Below the pieces are notes generated by a model that saw only the letters and a list, made by a program, of their open reading frames with translations, had not been told where the DNA came from and searched no databases. From assembly GCF_009914755.1 (NCBI RefSeq), contig NC_060929.1: a DNA stretch of 64,000 bases; one strand, written 5' to 3'. Position numbers and translations under genes: made by a program. This document shows, piece after piece, positions 57,690 to 64,000 of this stretch. Source of the DNA: the human T2T-CHM13v2.0 reference genome, Homo sapiens. Positions within the stretch are counted from its first letter, which is position 1, and each line of letters starts with the position of its first letter.

Positions 57690-60278
57690 CAGAATCTTTA
57701 TGTTTTAACAACTGAAAAGAATTTGCTTCAGGAAGAGGGAAATGTTTCTGAGTCTAGCAGGTAGTCATAGGGAACACATCCTATAGCAGTATTCCCGAGG
57801 AGGGTGAGATGGCTTCCTAGTAGGTCTTTATGGCAACTGACAGAGCTAAGCGCTAAGAGTTGTAACCCTAGGAACCCACGCCTGGACCACCGATGTTCAG
57901 TACTTGCCTTGATCATGTCTCCTTAAGGAATCAAGAGAGCTTGGGCAGTTCTCTGAAGAACTGAGTATTTCTCCCAGTAGTGGGCCAGCAGCCTTTTTGA
58001 GTCATAAATAACCATTCTTCAATCACAACTCCTTGTGGAAATCAGAAGGAATACTTTTAGTGGACACATTTCACTCCAGGTCATTTTCTACAATGTACAA
58101 TGTACATCCTTCAGATTAACCTTTCTGGATGGGAGTAAATCTCTGGGGCTCATGGATTTCCAGAGAGGATAGGCGAATATCAGGTAGAAGCTATCAAACC
58201 TCCTGCAAGTGCAGCATTTGTAGGTGAGAACAATTGGAAAAATAAGAGATGTGACCATATCTAAACCCTAAATTCATGGAATAGGATATGTATCATATTT
58301 TCATTCAAATTGTGGTCACTTCTAAGTTAAAAAGTGTTTGAATTTATTTTTATTTAACAAGATCCACACTGAAATAAAAACTGACTATTGACTCTATAAG
58401 ATAGAAATTTTAGGATAATTCTTAATTCTCCCTTCCACTTGTTCTTGTCTCAACATTCATTCATATAATTTTGGATTTGGAACCTCAAATTACTATTAGT
58501 TAATCACGATTTGTTCAATGATGTGTCCAAGCTTAAAACTATTTTGGATTCTTTCACTACATTTTAAAGCCATGTTGACAAAAACTATTTTAATGTTACT
58601 TTGTTTAATCCAGTTTTATTCATAGTTAAGACTTATGATAACCATTTCCTCTTGAAATATATTTTTTATTCATCTCTAGAAGGCTGTTATCCATCAACAA
58701 GTAATTTATTTTTTAAGAAGAATGTGTGGGTGCTACACACATAACATGCTTTCTCTTTTTGACTTCTTATATATATTTTTACATCATTGCAATTCAAATT
58801 ACAAATATTTTTGTCTATATCCATTACTTTATTATATTTAAAGTATCTGCTCCATTCGCATTTGTCTTCCCTCAACTCAACAAAGTTTTCTTTTATTGTT
58901 TCTTATTTTCTTTTATTATTTCTTATTTTTGTCTTAAAATAAGAAATTTTTCTATCTCCTTTGGGATTCTTGTTATATACTTATCTTTTCTCTCATCTTT
59001 TTCATTATGTTAATATTTTATCAACATCTTTGAATTTCTGGAATTTGTCAAAATCAATTTATGGGGAGTGTCTAACATTCTGCTTACTATGCTAATATTT
59101 TAAAAGGAAATCTTTACATAATCTTTACTGATTTTGAAATATTTCTTCCAAAACAAATGCTAAGCTCAATTTTCACATATAAAATACTTTCTTGAATCAT
59201 TTTGGAACACAAATTAGAAATTCTTTAATATGCTCTTCTATTTCTCACAGTTAATTTATGTTAAAGAAGAATCTCCTTTGATACCTTTTTTTTAATGTAA
59301 TTCTCTTTATTTGAACTGCACTTTAAGTTTAGAAGTATTTTCTCTATTTTCTCATTGAAAGAAACACAGGATTTTTTGCCCCGTTGAAGTTATTTCCTCT
59401 GGGAGAAAGCCCTGCCTCATATAATCCCTTCATTGTTTAAGTGTTGCAATATTACCTTTTCTCACCTCACTTACCGAGGGAATGTTAGTGGAGATTTAGT
59501 GGAGAAGTCCCTTACTTCTTCTTCAGGAAACCTTCTCTCTCATAAGAAAGGAAATCAATTGTCTTCCTTTCTATCTGTATTCTATTTTTACCCGCAGATA
59601 TCTTAGCAGGAATTATTTGACTTTTCTGAGATCTTCCTTATTTCAATCACTGATGAAGACTTTCCCTATTAAAAATCCACACAAAATTTTTATAGAAGTG
59701 GGGCAACAAAGTGAGTGAGCTTGTTTATAGTATATGTTATTGTGTATTTTATAACATATTACAATATGTAATATGCACTTATTTAATATCATATATACAC
59801 CACACATGCTACATGCACAACATCATATATTTTACAGAAATCTGTAATCTTTTGTTACTATCTAGTTATCTTTCTATTATGGCATGCATTCTCTTCATTC
59901 CATACTTCTCTTAATCACTGTAAGATCTCAGAGCCTTTACTGAGAAGAGCAGATCAATTCAATGTGATCTCCCCTAGCTTGCTTTTTTCTACATCCAAAA
60001 TTATAATATCACTTTCTTTTTTTAACCTTTCTTCCTTATAAGGGATCTCTATCCATTCTCATATTCCTACTTCTCTGAGTCTTTGATTCATCGATTGTCT
60101 TTTTTTCCCCTTGCAACGAATTTCCTCTTACACTTTTTCCTAGATGGAAAATCTGCTCAAGTATTCCTTATCCTAAAAATCCTTCCTTTGAGAAAGAAGT
60201 CTACCCATGATGCATACTGTTTATGACCATGCACTTACTCCTCAACCACCAAGCTTTTCCTGTTAAAATAATTCTTTT

Positions 60279-60577
60279 GGCCAGGCGCGGTGGCTCACAG
60301 CTATAATCCCAGCACTTTGGGAGGCCCAGGAGGGGGTGCATCACAAGGTCAGGAGATCAAGACCATCCTGGCTAACACGGTGAAACCTCGTCTCTACTAA
60401 AAATACAAAAAAATTAGCCGGGCGTGGTGGCAGGCACGTGTAGTCCCAGCTACTCGGGAGGCTGAGGCAGGAAAATGGCTTGAACCCGGGAGGCGGAGCT
60501 TTCAGTGAGCCGAGATGGCGCTACTGCACTCCAGCCTGGGCGACAGAGCGAGACTCTGTCTCAAAATAGATAGATAA

Positions 60578-60610
<33 letters not shown>
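60279..60610 (+). mobile_element. AluY with (TAAA)n tail
   Basis: aggagatcaagaccatcctggctaacacgg and ggcggagctt; TSD AAATAATTCTTTT. Confidence 0.95.
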
Positions 60611-60614
<4 letters not shown>

Positions 60615-62074
60615 CTTTTGAAAGTCACACTTCTAAAAGGGGGCTGTAACTCTTTCCTTATTCTCCTACCAATCTTTGTGGCCTATAAGATCATTAGTCA
60701 TCCCTTCCATGTTGTAGAAACTCTTTCCACCTCTGAGACCTAGGTTTGTTCCTGTTTGTTTTCCTTACTTTCTGATCATTTTTTTTTTCCATCTTGACAG
60801 GCTCTTCTGATTCTTCCCTCTCCCTAAGGTTTCTGGTACACTGATGGACTTCTTTCCCTATACTCTCTTTGTTGGTGAATTCTTCCATTCTTAGTTTTAG
60901 TCTGATGGCTCTTGAATCTTCATCTTGTATTTTGAGCACATCCTTCTAAGATCATAATCTTTTCTCTCAACTATCAGATAGGCACTATCTACAAGACTCC
61001 TAGCATCAATGTTCAGAAGCTTGTAATCTCCTCCTTTCTCTTCCCACTTGTAATCTCCCTTTCTCTTCCCACATCCACCAGTAGCCAAATGCTATCAGTT
61101 TTTCCATTTGTGCATTTAGTTTCATTTCTACCTTTGGACTCATCTCAATTTAGTAAGAGCAATCACCTGTGTCACTCTTGTGTCATATAGAGTAATAGAC
61201 TCGAAGCTACTATGATTGCCTTCTCATAAGCAGTGATGTGCACAAGCTATTCAAGACCAATTTCTGCTATGACCAAACACTCTGAAGGCGCTACTCATAT
61301 TCACATGCCATGTAAGTCTTTCATAATGCAAAAATATCTATTCATATGATGATAATACATTCCTTTGAAGTTCCATCTCTTCCTACTGCAGGAGAGTAAT
61401 GTTGTAAGTATTTAAACAGTATAAAGGGATGAACTTAAAATATTTTTATTTTTAATAACTTTCAGAAAACCATGTTCTGGGACTTATCTCTTATGACTTA
61501 TTGCAAAAAATGACATGCCAGCACACAAGTGACTCATGTAGTTCTTTGTAACATCCATTCTGCCCAGAAAATTATCTAGCTTGGAATTTAGATTAAATCC
61601 TGATGTGTAACAGAAGAGAGAAATAGTTTGCAAATATTTGGCCAAGGAGTATTTTTAAAAAATACACCTACTGAACTATGGGATTTTAAATTCTGTAATG
61701 TTACAGAGTCTTTTTGTGTGTGTGTGTATGTGAAATTGGTTTGGAGACAGGGCCTGGGACTCACAGTGTAGGGTTGAGGCTTAAGTGATTAAATCCCATT
61801 ATGTAGGGTTCAGTATGAAGCCTGGGCAATGATGGCAGCTTATGTATACACAGCACATTAGAGTTCACGAAATACTTCTATCTGCTCTACTTCACTAATC
61901 TTCGCAGCATCTCTATGATATAGGTAGAAAATGCTGCACTACTTTTAATTAATAGATAAAGAAAAATCATGTTTGGAGGGATTTCAGTGGCTTGAGCGGG
62001 TGAAACAGCTAGAAAGTATCAGATTCTGGTCTTCAGTTCTTGCTTCTAATTCTAAGACCAGTGTTTCTCTCCAT

Positions 62075-62190
62075 AGTTAATTTGACTATGATTAAATCCT
62101 ATTATTTCAGTTATTTTAGAGGCATAAAACAATAACAATTTGTTACACTCACAGATTCTGTGAATTAATGATACAATCAAGGCACAGCAG
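62075..62190 (-). repeat. Inverted 116-bp copy of 63505-63620
   Basis: Reverse complement of 63505-63620 aligns without gaps with about 8 mismatches by eye; flanked by 31-bp direct repeats. Confidence 0.9.
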
Positions 62191-62534
62191 TCACCTTGTC
62201 TCTCCAGTTCTAGCTTCTGATTCCAAGACCAGTGTATAAGGTGTTATACAAACTTATCTCATTTATATACATATTAAATGCTCTTGTAATTTTATAAGTC
62301 TTCTCTGTATTTTAAGTATGAGCTATTCAACGTATCTGATTTCATATTATTCATCTTTGTATCCCTAGAGACTGTTACAATTACTGGTACTGGTTGCTGT
62401 CCACTATGTTGATATTTGATATACAAAAACATAGTAACAGCTAACATTTATTGGTGTTTCCTTTGTTTCAGATACTGTGTTAATCACTTTATTAACTTGT
62501 TTAATTCTTATCAATATTCTATGAGTTAGACCTG

Positions 62535-62884
62535 TGATATGGTTTGGCTCTGTGTCCCCACCCAAATCTCACATTGAGTTGTAATAATCTCCACATGTTG
62601 ATTGCGACCAGGTGGAAGTAATTGAATCATGGGGTTTCTCGAATGCTGTTGTGGTGATAGTGAATAAGTCTCATGAGATTTGATGGTTTTATAAGCATCA
62701 GGCATTTCCCCTGCTTGTGCTCATTCTCTCTCCTGCCGCCCTGTGAAAAGGTGCCTTCCGCCATGATTGTAAGTATCCTGAGGCCTCCCAGCCATGCTGA
62801 ACTGTGAGTAATTAAACCTCTTTCTTTTATAAATTATCTAGTCTTGGGTATTTCTTCATAGCAGTGTGAGAATGGACTAATACA
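62535..62884 (+). mobile_element. MaLR solo LTR (THE1D/MSTA-like), inserted in a MIR
   Basis: tgatatggtttggctctgtgtccccacccaaatctca...ccatgattgtaagt...atggactaataca. Confidence 0.92.
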
Positions 62885-63076
62885 GCATGGTACTTATCAT
62901 CCCTCTTCTATAGAGGAAGAAACTTGAGCCAAGAAAGGTCAAATAATGTAACCAAAGTTACATAACCAATAAGTAGTAGAGCTTATATTTGAACTCAGAA
63001 CTCATTTAACCATTGTGCTCCAATGACTTTCAGTATCTGAGTTTATTTTATGACAAGCTAAGTGATAGTAATTAAT

Positions 63077-63592
63077 GCAGTGGTTTCAACACGGCTACAT
63101 ATTTTTGACAGTCCTTCCATGGAAAAGTGTGGGTTTATATCTCCTCCTGTTGAATCTGGAGAGTATAGTAAAATTGATGTTATTTGGCTTCCAAGACTGA
63201 GCCATAAATGGTCATGCAGCTTCCACTTTATCATATGGAAAATCTGCTCATAAAGCTCTGACTGCCATGAAAGTGGTCCAGCAAACTTGAGGATGTCCTG
63301 CTGTGAGAAACCCCAACCCTCCGCAGAAGTCATATGTTGGTAGCTGTGGTTAACAGTCCCAGCTGATACTAGCATTCAAGTGAATCCAGACCCAATATTA
63401 CACATAAATGAAGAATCACTCCTGTCCCAGGTGTTCAAGTCACTCCCAGCCATTCTAGTTTTCCCAATTGAGGGACCAGACATTGTGGACCAGAGAAGTC
63501 ATCCCTGCTGTGCCTTGTCTGTATCATTAATTTACAGAATGTGTGCGTGTAACAAATGGTTATTGTTTTATGCCTCTAAAATAACTGAAATA
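63077..63592 (+). mobile_element. Old MLT1-family MaLR LTR
   Basis: atttttgacagtccttccatgg...gcagcttccac...ccagacattgtggaccagaga...ttgttttatgcc...ataactgaaat. Confidence 0.7.
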
Positions 63593-64000
63593 ATAGGATT
63601 TAGTCATAGTCAAATGAACTCCTCTGTATTCTGAGGCCAACTTACTTTCTGATAGCATATAATAATAATAATAGTCTAGGGCTATTAAGTTGAACCAATC
63701 AAATATGTCATATATTACACATCCCACACTTGAGAGTGCTCTGCATTAGCTGACTGAAGCGTTTAAAGGGGTTGGCCTGTTGGACAGTTCTTTGCTTCCA
63801 GAAAAGCCACCGGAATATGGAATCTCTTGTTTATATTCTGCTGAGCTCAGTGTGTTGTGTGTTTGTTCCTGGCTTCTTGCCCAACAAACCTTGGCAAGCA
63901 TATCACTTGTTTCTTGATTATTTAGCAACCGGGTATGAACTGATGCTGCTGTACTGAGGTTTTATTTTCTACATACTTGGTGTACTGGCCAGTTTCCTTC

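Overview
Primate, most likely human (an AluYa-type element is present), AT-rich intergenic or intronic DNA dominated by transposable elements. I find no convincing intact host protein-coding gene; essentially all long ORFs are LINE-1 or Alu fragments. Recognisable content: six large or mid-size L1 copies plus older L1M relics, nine Alus, several solo LTRs, MER DNA-transposon relics, an RPL9 processed pseudogene interrupted by an Alu, and a tailless 7SK retropseudogene inside an L1 3' end. I do not see a new gene system. The most notable signals are structural. (i) A TSD-flanked compound L1 at 9.3-15.1 kb forms a ~1.9 kb inverted repeat whose arms share apparently private mutations, and one arm also shares such mutations with an L1 17 kb away, suggesting local L1-L1 gene conversion. 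(ii) A twin-primed L1 has an inversion that places the antisense promoter region and ORF0 in front of the remaining ORF1/ORF2. (iii) There are several locally templated insertions, including a 116-bp inverted copy of sequence 1.4 kb away and two independent scars at the same L1 motif. (iv) One L1 carries a short 3' transduction. (v) A repeat-free block at 25.4-25.8 kb looks like a conserved enhancer. Subfamily names and consensus comparisons are from memory and need RepeatMasker/Dfam confirmation.
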